A stretch of 62,706 nt of DNA from Minisyncoccota bacterium (GTDB lineage: Bacteria > Patescibacteriota > Minisyncoccia > JAHISW01 > Tagabacteraceae). Of this stretch, positions 27,710 to 37,029 are shown piece by piece. The DNA is taken from positions 1 to 62,706 of the forward strand of contig JAQTSC010000004.1 of assembly GCA_028711505.1 (NCBI GenBank), written 5' to 3'. A model generated the notes under the pieces. It ran no database searches and was not told where the DNA came from. It was given only the letters and a program-made list of their open reading frames with translations. How positions within the stretch are numbered: position 1 is the stretch's first letter; every line of letters starts with the position of its first letter. The translations under genes and the position numbers were made by a program.

Positions 27710-28885
27710 ATGGGAAAGCCGATTTTTAGCATCAAGGAAATTTCTGATTTGTTTCTGCCTTACATTCTAGCTGGGGAATTGCCTTCAAGAAAAACTTTTG
27801 GCAATAATTTTATTAACGGAGTAAAACATTGGTGGTTCCCCAAGGCGGATATCCAGGAAAGTTATGCTTCCGACCGTTTGAAAATTTTGGATCTTGAATT
27901 TGGCGACATCTGCGGTTTGCGTTGCGAATATTGTTTTAGGGCCGATGACGAGAGAGACATAAGTTTGTCCAAGAACCTTACTTTGGATGAATGGAAAAAT
28001 CTGATAGACCAAGCGTTTCTTATGGGAGTTGAAGCAGTGAAGCTTATAGGCGCCGGAGAATTTTTTGAAGACGGAAGATTTATGGACGCTTTCAGATATT
28101 TAACCGAAAAAGGGATAAAGGCGGTGCTGTTTACGGCCGGATATGTATTGGCTGATGAAAAAAAGACTATAAAACTGCACGGAATGACCCCGGACGAAAT
28201 AATTGATTATCTTTATAAAAATGGCCATTCGGTTTTTATCAAAGGCGATAGTTTCAAACCTGAAGTTATGGATGCCATGGTGCACAGAAAAAATTTCAGC
28301 GACAAGAGAAATATAGTATTAAAGAAATTGCTGGAAAGAGGTTTTACTGATGAAAGCCCCACCAGGCTCGGGCTTGAAGTGCAAGCCAATATCCATAATT
28401 TTACCGAACTTTTGGATATTGATAAATTGAAATATTACCTGAACATTTATTCCGATATGGTAACTTCAATGCCTTGCGGTATCTTTAACCTAAGAAAAGA
28501 AACCGGCCGGTCAATAGATTTGTCGTTAGATCAAAAATTCGAATTGTATAAAGCCATTTACCGGCAAAATATTGATTTTGACATTCCTTTTGGCGGCATC
28601 TTCCCCTTTATCGGAGGTCTAAAATGCAGCCAGCTGGGGAATGGTCTTTACATCAATGTTAAAGGAGATGTTTATGCCTGTCCCGGGTGCTTTGAAAAGC
28701 TGGGAAATATTAAGGGAGGAAACGATACTTTAAAAACCGTGTGGAATTCTCATCAGGAGAGAGCGGTGTTTCAAAAAGACGATTATATTTGTCCTCCCAG
28801 AGAAAATGCCGGTATTACTCCGACTTTTTTATACGAGGAAATAGCCAGAAATATTTCGGAGCGGTCCGGACGCGGAAAAGATTAA
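27710..28885 (+). CDS. radical SAM enzyme with C-terminal SPASM/twitch-like Cys motif
   Basis: 391 aa with CGLRCEYC (CxxxCxxC) at residues ~68-75. C-terminal C......G.YINVKGDVYACPGC. Confidence 0.8.
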   Translation: MGKPIFSIKEISDLFLPYILAGELPSRKTFGNNFINGVKHWWFPKADIQESYASDRLKILDLEFGDICGLRCEYCFRADDERDISLSKNLTLDEWKNLIDQAFLMGVEAVKLIGAGEFFEDGRFMDAFRYLTEKGIKAVLFTAGYVLADEKKTIKLHGMTPDEIIDYLYKNGHSVFIKGDSFKPEVMDAMVHRKNFSDKRNIVLKKLLERGFTDESPTRLGLEVQANIHNFTELLDIDKLKYYLNIYSDMVTSMPCGIFNLRKETGRSIDLSLDQKFELYKAIYRQNIDFDIPFGGIFPFIGGLKCSQLGNGLYINVKGDVYACPGCFEKLGNIKGGNDTLKTVWNSHQERAVFQKDDYICPPRENAGITPTFLYEEIARNISERSGRGKD

Positions 28886-28890
28886 AACCA

Positions 28891-28921
28891 AAAGGCAGAA
28901 ATTATTTCAATTTCTGCCTTT
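28891..28921. terminator. bidirectional intrinsic terminator
   Basis: AAAGGCAGAAAT-TATTTCA-ATTTCTGCCTTT, between the convergent radical SAM and hsp20 genes. Confidence 0.75.
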
Positions 28922-28943
28922 CACTATTTTTATACGATTTATT

Positions 28944-29420
28944 TTATCCGTGTTTTATCTTCAGTTTTTGCACCTTGTCGCGGTCTATTTTTGGCAGGCG
29001 GACAATAAGCACGCCGTCTTTTGTAGAAGCTTCCGCGGCATCGGCATCCACTTCTTGCGGGAGAAGTATTGAGCGGGAAAAACTTCCCCAGTAAAGTTCT
29101 TTGTAATAATAATTTTCTTCTGTCACTTCCCTTGCTTGCTGCCTTTTCCCCCGGACCGTTATCATGTCTTTTGTCACCGAAATATCCAAATCCTCTGGTT
29201 TTACTCCTGCGATCATGGCTTCTATCACGATTTCATTCGGTTTTTGATACATGTCAACCGTAAGTTGTCCCTCTTCGGAGTCTCCGCTCATCCAGTCGTC
29301 TTCTTTCGCGACAGCTTTGTTTTTGCGCTCGAATTTCCCCAGCTCTTCGGCGTCGTCGGAATAATTTCCGGTGAGTCTGTCAAAAAAAGATCTTTTGTTC
29401 ATGTTCATAATTTTACTCAA
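28944..29420 (-). CDS. Hsp20/alpha-crystallin small heat-shock protein
   Basis: 158 aa with an alpha-crystallin domain pattern (LTVDMYQ..., ISVTKDMITVRGKR, GVLIVRLPK). Confidence 0.85.
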   Translation of the reverse strand: MSKIMNMNKRSFFDRLTGNYSDDAEELGKFERKNKAVAKEDDWMSGDSEEGQLTVDMYQKPNEIVIEAMIAGVKPEDLDISVTKDMITVRGKRQQAREVTEENYYYKELYWGSFSRSILLPQEVDADAAEASTKDGVLIVRLPKIDRDKVQKLKIKHG

Positions 29421-30141
29421 GAGTTGTCGGTGTTTGCGCCGACCTTTTTAATTTTTTAACTTTTTCAAAAATATAGAGAAGAAAAATGACCATCAGCCAA
29501 AGAGGAAAGAAAATCTGAAAAATATGTTCTCCGTTTGTCTTTATTATAAAATAATTGAAAAACGTGTGCAACAGTGTTGCCAACATAAGCCCGCCAAAAA
29601 TATTTCTGCCTAGCTTTTCTTTGTGAAAAAAGGAAAAAGCTATGCTTGCGCCGATACAGGATGAGCTTAAAACGTGCAAAAGTGTGGCTCCCGCGAATCT
29701 TAAATTGCTTGTTACTACTCCGGCTAAAAATCCGTAATGACCCACGACCTCCGTCAAAAAAATTACATTTTCAAAGGCGGCAAAACCAAGAGCCGCCGTG
29801 ATGAGATAAATGATGGCGTCAATCGGTTCGTCGAAATCTTTTCTTTCAAACGCCACCTTGCGTGCCGCCAGGTACTTTGTGAGTTCTTCCGCGAGCGCCC
29901 ACATGAATAAAAGGGCGAACCCTCCCCAAAGGTTTTCAATCGCCATTTTTTTGAACGCCCAATTGGTGATTTGTTCAATCGGAAGAGCCAAAGCCACTAC
30001 CCCCATTCCGGCCAAAAAGGTGAGTATTAGAAGTCGTCGCGGTTCCGGATGGAGCCGGTCTTCTTTTAGCCAAAACCAAAGCCATAAAAGGGCGGGCATT
30101 ATGCCTCCCGTCATCGCAAAAAATAATTCGTTGAAATTCAT
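29413..30141 (-). CDS. PrsW family intramembrane metalloprotease
   Basis: 242 aa, polytopic. EELTKY (EExxK) and LLHTFFN (HxxxN) motifs. Confidence 0.75.
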   Translation of the reverse strand: MNFNELFFAMTGGIMPALLWLWFWLKEDRLHPEPRRLLILTFLAGMGVVALALPIEQITNWAFKKMAIENLWGGFALLFMWALAEELTKYLAARKVAFERKDFDEPIDAIIYLITAALGFAAFENVIFLTEVVGHYGFLAGVVTSNLRFAGATLLHVLSSSCIGASIAFSFFHKEKLGRNIFGGLMLATLLHTFFNYFIIKTNGEHIFQIFFPLWLMVIFLLYIFEKVKKLKRSAQTPTTLE

Positions 30142-30147
30142 AAATTT

Positions 30148-32265
30148 TTATTCGGGCCACTCTTCCACTATTAACATTTTTCTTTTCGCGTCCGGCATGT
30201 TTGACCAAATTTCTTCCGTGATATGCGGCAGAAAAGGATGCAAAAGTTTAAGAGATGAAGTAAGGGTATAAATTAATATTTTTGCCGTGCTGTTTTTTAA
30301 TTTAGCGTCTTCCATTTGTTTTTTTGATGATTCAACGTATTTGTCGCAGAAATCATGCCAGAAAAATTCATAAAGATCGCGAAGCGCGTATCCGAATCTG
30401 TATTTTTCAATATTTTTATCCGTAGTTTTTATGATATTTTCCAGTTTTTTTAAAATCGTTTTGTCTTCTTTCGTCAAACCTTGGATTTTTCCTTTTGTTT
30501 TCACTTCGGCGGTTTGCTGTAAAACAAACCGGCTTGCGTTCCATATTTTATTTAGAAACTTTTTGCCGGCCAAAACCGATTCTTCCGACCAGTGCATATC
30601 TTGTCCTGCCATATCTTGCCAGATAAGCCCGAACCTTGTCGCGTCCGCCCCGTATTTTTCCACGTAATTCATCGGGTCTATGCCGGTGCCCAGGGATTTT
30701 GACATTCTTTTTCCGTCTTTTGTGAGTATTGTCGGGTGGATAATGACGTCTTTGAAAGGCTCTTTTTTTTCAAATTCAATTCCCGAAAAAACCATGCGTC
30801 CTACCCATAAGTTTATTATATCGCGCGCGGTTGAAAGCACATTGGCGGGATAAAAGGTTTTTAAATCTTTTTCGCTCATCGTGGCGAACGGCCATAGCGC
30901 GGACGAAAACCATGTATCTAAAACATCTTCGGAGTTTTCAATCGGAATTTGGTGCCCCCACCAAAGCTGCCGCGATATGCACCAATCTTTGATATTTTTA
31001 AGCCAGTCCAGATAAACTTTTTCCCAGCGTTTCGGGTGGAATTTTACTTTGCCGCTTTTTACGGCCTTTGCCGCTTTTGCCGCCAGTTCGCCCATTTTCA
31101 GAAACCATTGAAGGCTTGGAATATTTTCAACCGTGCTTCCGCATCTGTAGCATACCGCTTTGTTGTGCGTGTAGTCTTCAATTTTTTCAATAAGTCTTTC
31201 CGCTTCCAGTTCCTGAACGATTTTTTCTCTCGCCTCTTTTACGGTGAGTCCGTCGTATTTTGCGGCCTCTGTTTTTTTGAGTTCTTCGTCCAAAACCATT
31301 TTCCCGTTTTCTCCTATGGCTTTTGAAACAGGAAGATTATTTCTTTCTCCTATCTCCGCGTCTATTATGCTGTGGGCTGGCGTGACTTTTACCGCGCCTG
31401 TCCCGAATTCTTGTTCAATAATTCTGTCGCTGATTATGGGAATTTCTTTTTCAACAATCGGGAGTATCGCTTTTTTACCTATAAAATTTTTGTAGCGAGC
31501 GTCCTTTGGGTTTACCGCTACGGCTGTATCGGCAAGCATAGTTTCGGGCCGCGTTGTCGCGACCACGACGAAGTCGCGGCCGCCCTGAGCTTGTCGAAGG
31601 GTTTCATTATTTTTTATGGGATATTTTATATACCAAAGTTTCGTTTGCTCTTCTTTATATTCAAGTTCCAAGTCGGACAAACTCGTGCGGCATTTCGGAC
31701 ACCAGTTTATTACCCGTTCGGCGCGGTATATCCATCCTTTTTTGTGGTAATGAAGAAAAGCTTTTTTTACCCATTCCTGGTAATCTTTGTCCATGGTAAA
31801 ACGCGTTCGCGACCAATCGCACGAACTTCCCAGCTTTTTGAGCTGGTTTAAAATAGTATTTCCGTACTGTTCTTTCCACTCCCAGATTTTTTCCAGAAAT
31901 TTTTCGCGCCCCAAATCGTGGCGAGTTTTGTTTTCGGTTTTTAAAAGATTTTTTTCAACCACATTTTGAGTGGCGATTCCCGCGTGGTCTGTTCCGGGTA
32001 GCCACAAGGTTTTATAACCCTGCATTCGTTTTTTGCGTGTAATGATGTCCTGTATGGTGGCGTTTAACGCGTGCCCCATGTGTAAAGAGCCGGTAATGTT
32101 TGGAGGAGGAATTACAATAGTAAAAGGCTTCGCTTTTTTCGGCAATTTTAATTTATCGGGATTAAAATATCCCGATTTTTCCCATTTTTCGTAAATTTTT
32201 TGTTCTATTTCTTTCGGGTCGTAAGGCTTGTTAAAATCGCTTGCCATAAAGGATATATTAACCAA
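30148..32265 (-). CDS. valS: valyl-tRNA synthetase (short, lacks C-terminal coiled coil)
   Basis: 705 aa with PPPNITGSLHMGHALN (HIGH), RMSKSLGT (KMSKS) and a CP1 editing domain (TTRPETM). Confidence 0.92.
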   Translation of the reverse strand: MVNISFMASDFNKPYDPKEIEQKIYEKWEKSGYFNPDKLKLPKKAKPFTIVIPPPNITGSLHMGHALNATIQDIITRKKRMQGYKTLWLPGTDHAGIATQNVVEKNLLKTENKTRHDLGREKFLEKIWEWKEQYGNTILNQLKKLGSSCDWSRTRFTMDKDYQEWVKKAFLHYHKKGWIYRAERVINWCPKCRTSLSDLELEYKEEQTKLWYIKYPIKNNETLRQAQGGRDFVVVATTRPETMLADTAVAVNPKDARYKNFIGKKAILPIVEKEIPIISDRIIEQEFGTGAVKVTPAHSIIDAEIGERNNLPVSKAIGENGKMVLDEELKKTEAAKYDGLTVKEAREKIVQELEAERLIEKIEDYTHNKAVCYRCGSTVENIPSLQWFLKMGELAAKAAKAVKSGKVKFHPKRWEKVYLDWLKNIKDWCISRQLWWGHQIPIENSEDVLDTWFSSALWPFATMSEKDLKTFYPANVLSTARDIINLWVGRMVFSGIEFEKKEPFKDVIIHPTILTKDGKRMSKSLGTGIDPMNYVEKYGADATRFGLIWQDMAGQDMHWSEESVLAGKKFLNKIWNASRFVLQQTAEVKTKGKIQGLTKEDKTILKKLENIIKTTDKNIEKYRFGYALRDLYEFFWHDFCDKYVESSKKQMEDAKLKNSTAKILIYTLTSSLKLLHPFLPHITEEIWSNMPDAKRKMLIVEEWPE

Positions 32266-32287
32266 TTTTTTGTTTTTTGGGAAAGAT

Positions 32288-33487
32288 TTAAGATAGTTTT
32301 AAATTTCCGTTTGCTTGAATTTTAAGGAATTTTTTCGAGCCGGGGTCCGTTCCTTTGCCGCGTTCGGCGTACCCTGCGAGCGCTATCATCGCGGCATTAT
32401 CACCCGTGAATTTTATTTCCGGAATTAAAAGTTTTATTTGATTGTCGATTATCGGTTTCTGGCTGGCGAGCCGCTTTCGTAATTCGCTGTTTGCCGCTAC
32501 TCCGCCGCCCAAAATTATGGTTTCCGCTTTGTTTTCTTTTGCTGCGCGCAGTGTTTTTGCGATTAACACTTCAACGGCCGCGTTTTGAAATTCATAAGCA
32601 GCCGAGATTTTTATTTCCTCCGTAATTTTCGGAAATTCTTTAAGTTTGTAAAGAAGAGAGGTTTTAAGTCCGGAAAAAGAAAAATCAAAATCTTTTGAAT
32701 TGAGCATGGGCCGCGGCAAGTTTATTTTTGGAATTTGGAAATTGGAATTTGGAAATTTTCCCGCGGCCGCGGCGATGGCCGGGCCTCCCGGGTAACCTAA
32801 TTCGAGCATTTTTGCCGCCTTGTCAAAAGCTTCTCCTGCCGCGTCGTCGCGCGTCTGGCCGAGTAATTTGTATTTTAGCCATTCTTTTATTAAAACAATC
32901 TCCGTGTGTCCTCCGCTCACAAGAAGCGCTACCGCCGGAAATTTTATTTTTGGAAACCGGAAATTGATAATTGGTGATTTTTTTTCCGTTTTTCCTTGAA
33001 GAAAAGCCGAAAAGAAGTGTCCTTCCATGTGGTTTATCGGAATAATCGGTTTGTTCCACGCGAAAGAAAGCGCTTTGGCGAAATTTATTCCTACCCATAA
33101 AGCCGGTTCAAGCCCCGGACCATGAGTTATCGCTATCGCGTCAATTTTTGGCGTTCCGTATTTTTTTAGAAACGGCAGAGTCTTTTTCAGTAAAACATCT
33201 TCTCTTTTTAAAATATCGTTTGGTTCATTCTCTCTTTTTATTTTTTGATTTCGGCTTTTTAACAAACCCGCTTCTTTTAAAGCTTTAACTAAAACCGGCA
33301 CTAAATTTTTTTGGTGTTCTCTTTTTGCCAGTGTCGGCACTACCCCGCCCCATTTTGCGTGTATTTTAATTTGCGAGGAAATTATGTTTGAAAGAATTTT
33401 AAAACGGGCATTTGGAAAAATTCCGGTTGCCTCTACGACGCTTATCGCCGTTTCATCGCAAGACGTTTCTATCGCAAGAATACGCAT
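32288..33487 (-). CDS. tsaD: tRNA N6-adenosine threonylcarbamoyltransferase TsaD
   Basis: 399 aa with MRILAIETSCDETA, HMEGH and SGGHT motifs. Contains inserted segments relative to the usual ~340 aa. Confidence 0.9.
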   Translation of the reverse strand: MRILAIETSCDETAISVVEATGIFPNARFKILSNIISSQIKIHAKWGGVVPTLAKREHQKNLVPVLVKALKEAGLLKSRNQKIKRENEPNDILKREDVLLKKTLPFLKKYGTPKIDAIAITHGPGLEPALWVGINFAKALSFAWNKPIIPINHMEGHFFSAFLQGKTEKKSPIINFRFPKIKFPAVALLVSGGHTEIVLIKEWLKYKLLGQTRDDAAGEAFDKAAKMLELGYPGGPAIAAAAGKFPNSNFQIPKINLPRPMLNSKDFDFSFSGLKTSLLYKLKEFPKITEEIKISAAYEFQNAAVEVLIAKTLRAAKENKAETIILGGGVAANSELRKRLASQKPIIDNQIKLLIPEIKFTGDNAAMIALAGYAERGKGTDPGSKKFLKIQANGNLKLS

Positions 33488-33511
33488 AAAGTTATTTATA
33501 TCTTGTTTTTT

Positions 33512-33553
33512 GGAAAAATAAAACGGCGGACAGAGTATGTTTTCTGTCCGCCG
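33512..33553 (-). terminator. intrinsic terminator of the 201-aa gene
   Basis: CGGCGGACAGA / TCTGTCCGCCG 11-bp stem followed by a T-run on the minus strand. Confidence 0.7.
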
Positions 33554-33583
33554 GGGTCTGGCCGCCGAAAGCGGTTCTCGGTT

Positions 33584-34189
33584 TTAGTCTTCCTCAAAAC
33601 AGGCGGTTCTGGCCTGGACCAGCGCTCCGCTGAATCTGACCAGAAAATCTTCCATTTGCGCCGGAGAAAGGGCTGGCATTTTTTCAACTTCCGAAAGAAT
33701 TTTTTCCAAGGCGCCAATCTCCTGCCCGTGGTAGTGAGCTTGATTCCAAGAGCTTCTGTTTTTTCCCGCCATCTCCGGGCTGATTGGAAATTTTTTGTCT
33801 CGGATTTGCTCGTCCAGCGCGTTTAAGATGAGCAATAGCCCGTTTAATTCTTTTAAAAAAAGTTCGCGCCTTTCGGTGTTATTTGCGCTGCCGTCAGACT
33901 TGTCCTCAAAAAGCCCCATGTAAACTCCTAAAGCCGGAAGAATTCCGCCTCTATAATTTGTGTCTGCCGCCAGAATCCAAAGCCGTATCATTTTTTCGGC
34001 TTGGTTAAGATTTTTGGCTTCTGTTATAAAAGCCAAGACCGGCAGGTCTGTTTTTACCCTTTTGCCGCTGTCTAAGGCGGCAAAATAGACCTGTTCGGTT
34101 TGCTCCCAGTTTATTACCCCGCTAAAACACGGGGATCCTCCGAAAAACAAAATCATTATCGCCGCGGCGCAAATAAATATTTTTTTCAT
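33584..34189 (-). CDS. secreted or lipid-anchored hypothetical protein
   Basis: 201 aa with a signal-like N-terminus (MKKIFICAAAIMILFFGGSPC) and a strong GGAGGG Shine-Dalgarno sequence. Confidence 0.55.
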   Translation of the reverse strand: MKKIFICAAAIMILFFGGSPCFSGVINWEQTEQVYFAALDSGKRVKTDLPVLAFITEAKNLNQAEKMIRLWILAADTNYRGGILPALGVYMGLFEDKSDGSANNTERRELFLKELNGLLLILNALDEQIRDKKFPISPEMAGKNRSSWNQAHYHGQEIGALEKILSEVEKMPALSPAQMEDFLVRFSGALVQARTACFEED

Positions 34190-34290
34190 TCCCTCTCCCT
34201 CCTTTTTGTTTTGCGAAAAATAAAAATATAAAGAGCAGAGCCTTTTTACCCGAGTTTATTCTACCACGAGTTTTGTTTTTTGCAACCCCT

Positions 34291-34995
34291 TTAGTTTCTT
34301 TTAGATATGTTCTTGTACGAGCGTGTGTATTCGTATAAAACAGACCAGAATGCTCCTCCGCAAAAAGCGCCGAGTATTTCTTCGAGAGGAACACCAAGAA
34401 GTTTGAAGTTATTGAAAATCTGATTGGAATAAAAACGCGAAATAAAATCGTTAAAAAACGCATTTAATAGCGAGAAAAGAAAAAAATAAAAAACCCCGAA
34501 AATAATACCCGCGACGGCCATTTGTTTTATTAAATCTTTACGCAGAAAGCCGGTCAAAACGGAACCGCAGACAAAAGCCGCTAAAAGATTAAGCATGGGT
34601 TTTTGCGGGGTGAAAAATTCAGCGGCCAAAAACACCAAAACAAAAAGAAAGAACGGCGCGAGGTGAAGTTTTTTGCTTTCTTTTCCCGGGGCTTTTTTCA
34701 AACCCTTCTTTCCGATAAATTCGTAAACAACGGCCGCGATTCCGGCGATTGAAAAGGCGTAAATAAATCCTTCAACGCCGAAACCGTATTGCCGCATTAA
34801 ATTGAAAAGAGATTCGGGGTACCAATAATGAGGGACAAAAAATAATTCTATAGCTCCGAACGGCATGCCTATGAAACTTGCCCAGAGCATCTCGCGTCGC
34901 AAATCTTTCCGCAATAAAAATAAAATCAGCCAGAAAAACAAAAAAATCAGAGAGCCTGTTAAATATGCGTATTGGTATGGGATAAATAATTCCAT
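34291..34995 (-). CDS. polytopic membrane protein (possibly lycopene-cyclase-domain-like)
   Basis: Start moved to the ATG at 34995, because the track start overlaps tRNA-Ser. About 7 TM helices. The PLEE motif gives only a weak family hint. Confidence 0.45.
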   Translation of the reverse strand: MELFIPYQYAYLTGSLIFLFFWLILFLLRKDLRREMLWASFIGMPFGAIELFFVPHYWYPESLFNLMRQYGFGVEGFIYAFSIAGIAAVVYEFIGKKGLKKAPGKESKKLHLAPFFLFVLVFLAAEFFTPQKPMLNLLAAFVCGSVLTGFLRKDLIKQMAVAGIIFGVFYFFLFSLLNAFFNDFISRFYSNQIFNNFKLLGVPLEEILGAFCGGAFWSVLYEYTRSYKNISKRN

Positions 34996-35024
34996 TTTAA
35001 AGCTCGTATCAGAAATTATTGGTA

Positions 35025-35111
35025 CGGAGGAGGTGAGATTCGAACTCACGAGGCCCTTTCGAGCCTACCGCTTTTCGAGAGCGGCCCGTTCAACCACTTT
35101 GGTACTCCTCC
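35025..35111 (-). tRNA. tRNA-Ser (anticodon CGA), long variable arm
   Basis: GGAGGAGTACCAAAGTGGTTGAACGG..., anticodon loop CTCGAAA, extra arm GGCTCGAAAGGGCC, acceptor 3' CTCCTCC-G. Confidence 0.88.
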
Positions 35112-35134
35112 AGAAAAATTAAAAAGTTTATTAA

Positions 35135-35152
35135 TAGCCCCTAGGGGAGTCG
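35135..35152 (-). repeat. orphan duplicate of the last 18 nt of tRNA-Glu
   Basis: TAGCCCCTAGGGGAGTCG occurs at 35135-35152 and again as the tRNA 3' end at 35177-35194, 24 nt apart. Confidence 0.9.
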
Positions 35153-35176
35153 GTCACAGCTCTTTTGCTTCGCTTG

Positions 35177-35248
35177 TAGCCCCTAGGGGAGTCGAACCCC
35201 TGTTGCCACATTGAAAGCGTGGCGTCCTAACCGCTAGACGAAGGGGCC
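35177..35248 (-). tRNA. tRNA-Glu (anticodon TTC)
   Basis: GGCCCCTTCGTCTAGCGGTTAGGACG..., anticodon loop CTTTCAA, T-loop TTCGACT. Confidence 0.88.
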
Positions 35249-35278
35249 ATCCTTCGGTTTCGCAAAAACAATAATAAC

Positions 35279-36835
35279 CTAATTTATTTTGGAAATCAAA
35301 CTTTTTCCTGTCATTTCAGGAGGCGTTTGCAGTCCTAAAAGTTCAAGAATTGTCGGAGCGACGTCGGCTATAACTCCGGTCGCTTCTTGGTATTTATGCG
35401 AAATTTCCTGCGATGTAAGCGCCGTCTGCTTTTTAAATTTATCTCCTACTATATAAATCGGCACAGGATTGGCCGTGTGATTCGTTCTTTTTTCTCCTGT
35501 CAGTTTGTAAATTTTTTCTTCTATGTTTCCGTGGTCAGCGGTTATTATCGCCGCGCCTCCAAGCTCTATAATTTTTGGAAGAATCCTGCCCACGCATTCG
35601 TCCAGAACTTCGATCGCCTTTATGCATGAATTAAAATTCCCCGTGTGTCCCACTAAATCGGTATTGGCGAAATTTATAATCATAAAATCGTATGAGCCGA
35701 GTCTTTCCAAAACGGCTTCGGTGATTTTTCCGGCGGACATCTCCGGCTGGTCATCGTAATGAGGAATTTTTAAAGAAGGGACAAGCAGTCTGTCTTCCCC
35801 GTCAAACGGCTGTTCTTGTCCTCCGTTGAAAAAGTAAGTAACATGCGCGTATTTTTCGGTTTCTGCTATGTGAAATTGTTTAAGTCCGGCAAGAGAAATC
35901 AGCTTGCTCAAGGGGTTTTCTATATGAAACGGAGGAAACGCCACTAGTGCCGGAGAATCTTCGCTGTATTGGGTCATTGTCGTGAACAAAAGATCGGCGA
36001 CTTTTTTTCTCTCAAATTTATCAAACGACGTTGAAACAAACGCCGAGGTTATTTCTCTTTCGCTGTCTTCTCTGTAATTGAAAAAAATCACGGCATCTCC
36101 GTTTTTTATTTCTTCGGCGTTTTTGTTGAATCCGGGTTCGATAAATTCGTCCGTTATTCCCTTTTTGTAATTTTCTTCTATAAATGCCGAAGCGTATTCA
36201 AACGGCTGCCCCGTTTCTTCCGTAAAAAGTTTGTATGTTTTTTCGATACGGTCCCATTTGCTGTCGCGGTCCAGAGCGAAATATCTTCCTATTATGGACG
36301 CTATTTTTATATTCGGATAATTTTGTTCGAGTCTTTCTTCCAGTTGTTTGAAAAATCCGGCGGCTTCCGTTGCTGGAGAGTCTTTCCCGTCGGTAAAAAG
36401 ATGAAGATATGTTTTTCCGATTTCGTTGTTTTTCGCCATGTCCAAAAGAGCGTAAAGATGCTCGGCGTAAGCGTGCACTGAGCCCGATGAAAAAAGCCCC
36501 ATAAGATGCAGATTGCTTTTATTCTTTTTTACGTGGTCAACCGCCGCGACAAACGCCGGATTGGTAAAAAAGTCGCCGTCGTGTATTGAGGTGATTATTC
36601 TTGGAAGGTGATTGTAAATCGCTTTTCCGGCGCCAAGAGTAAGGTGTCCGACTTCGCTGTTCCCCGCTTCGCTCCACGGAAGCCCTACGGCGATTCCCGA
36701 CGCTTGCAAAGTGGTGAACGGATACCATTTTTCTATTTCCGAAAAAACGGGATGGTTGGCAAGCTGCCATGGAGATTCCGTGGCGTGCTTGTCGTAGCCG
36801 AATCCGTCTAGAATTATTAGAACAACTGGTTTCAT
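35279..36835 (-). CDS. gpmI: 2,3-bisphosphoglycerate-independent phosphoglycerate mutase
   Basis: 518 aa with MKPVVLIILDGFGY N-terminus, SEVGHLT, and a metal-binding ADHGN C-terminal motif. Confidence 0.92.
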   Translation of the reverse strand: MKPVVLIILDGFGYDKHATESPWQLANHPVFSEIEKWYPFTTLQASGIAVGLPWSEAGNSEVGHLTLGAGKAIYNHLPRIITSIHDGDFFTNPAFVAAVDHVKKNKSNLHLMGLFSSGSVHAYAEHLYALLDMAKNNEIGKTYLHLFTDGKDSPATEAAGFFKQLEERLEQNYPNIKIASIIGRYFALDRDSKWDRIEKTYKLFTEETGQPFEYASAFIEENYKKGITDEFIEPGFNKNAEEIKNGDAVIFFNYREDSEREITSAFVSTSFDKFERKKVADLLFTTMTQYSEDSPALVAFPPFHIENPLSKLISLAGLKQFHIAETEKYAHVTYFFNGGQEQPFDGEDRLLVPSLKIPHYDDQPEMSAGKITEAVLERLGSYDFMIINFANTDLVGHTGNFNSCIKAIEVLDECVGRILPKIIELGGAAIITADHGNIEEKIYKLTGEKRTNHTANPVPIYIVGDKFKKQTALTSQEISHKYQEATGVIADVAPTILELLGLQTPPEMTGKSLISKIN

Positions 36836-36875
36836 AAAATAATTTTAGCACAACAATAGCTTTAGCTCTAAATTT

Positions 36876-36904
36876 TTGACACCGAAACAAAAGTTTGGTA
36901 AATT
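36876..36904 (+). promoter_or_regulatory. candidate promoter of rny
   Basis: TTGACA (36876-36881), 17 nt spacer, TAAATT (36899-36904). Confidence 0.45.
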
Positions 36905-37029
36905 GAAGTTATCAAATTCATAAAGACTTTGAAATTACCAATCTTTAATATCAATGCAAAACCGTTATTTATCCGCTATCTTTGGACATTTTAGCTCTAC
37001 GGAATTTAGCGGCGCGCTAAAAAATCAAT

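Noticed and set aside
31555-31600. About 32-nt GC-rich patch (contains GCGGCCGC) inside valS encoding TLRQAQGGRD
   Set aside because: It is in-frame and lies in a variable loop just before the conserved TTRPETM segment. I found no second copy in the window, so I cannot show it is an inserted element rather than local composition.
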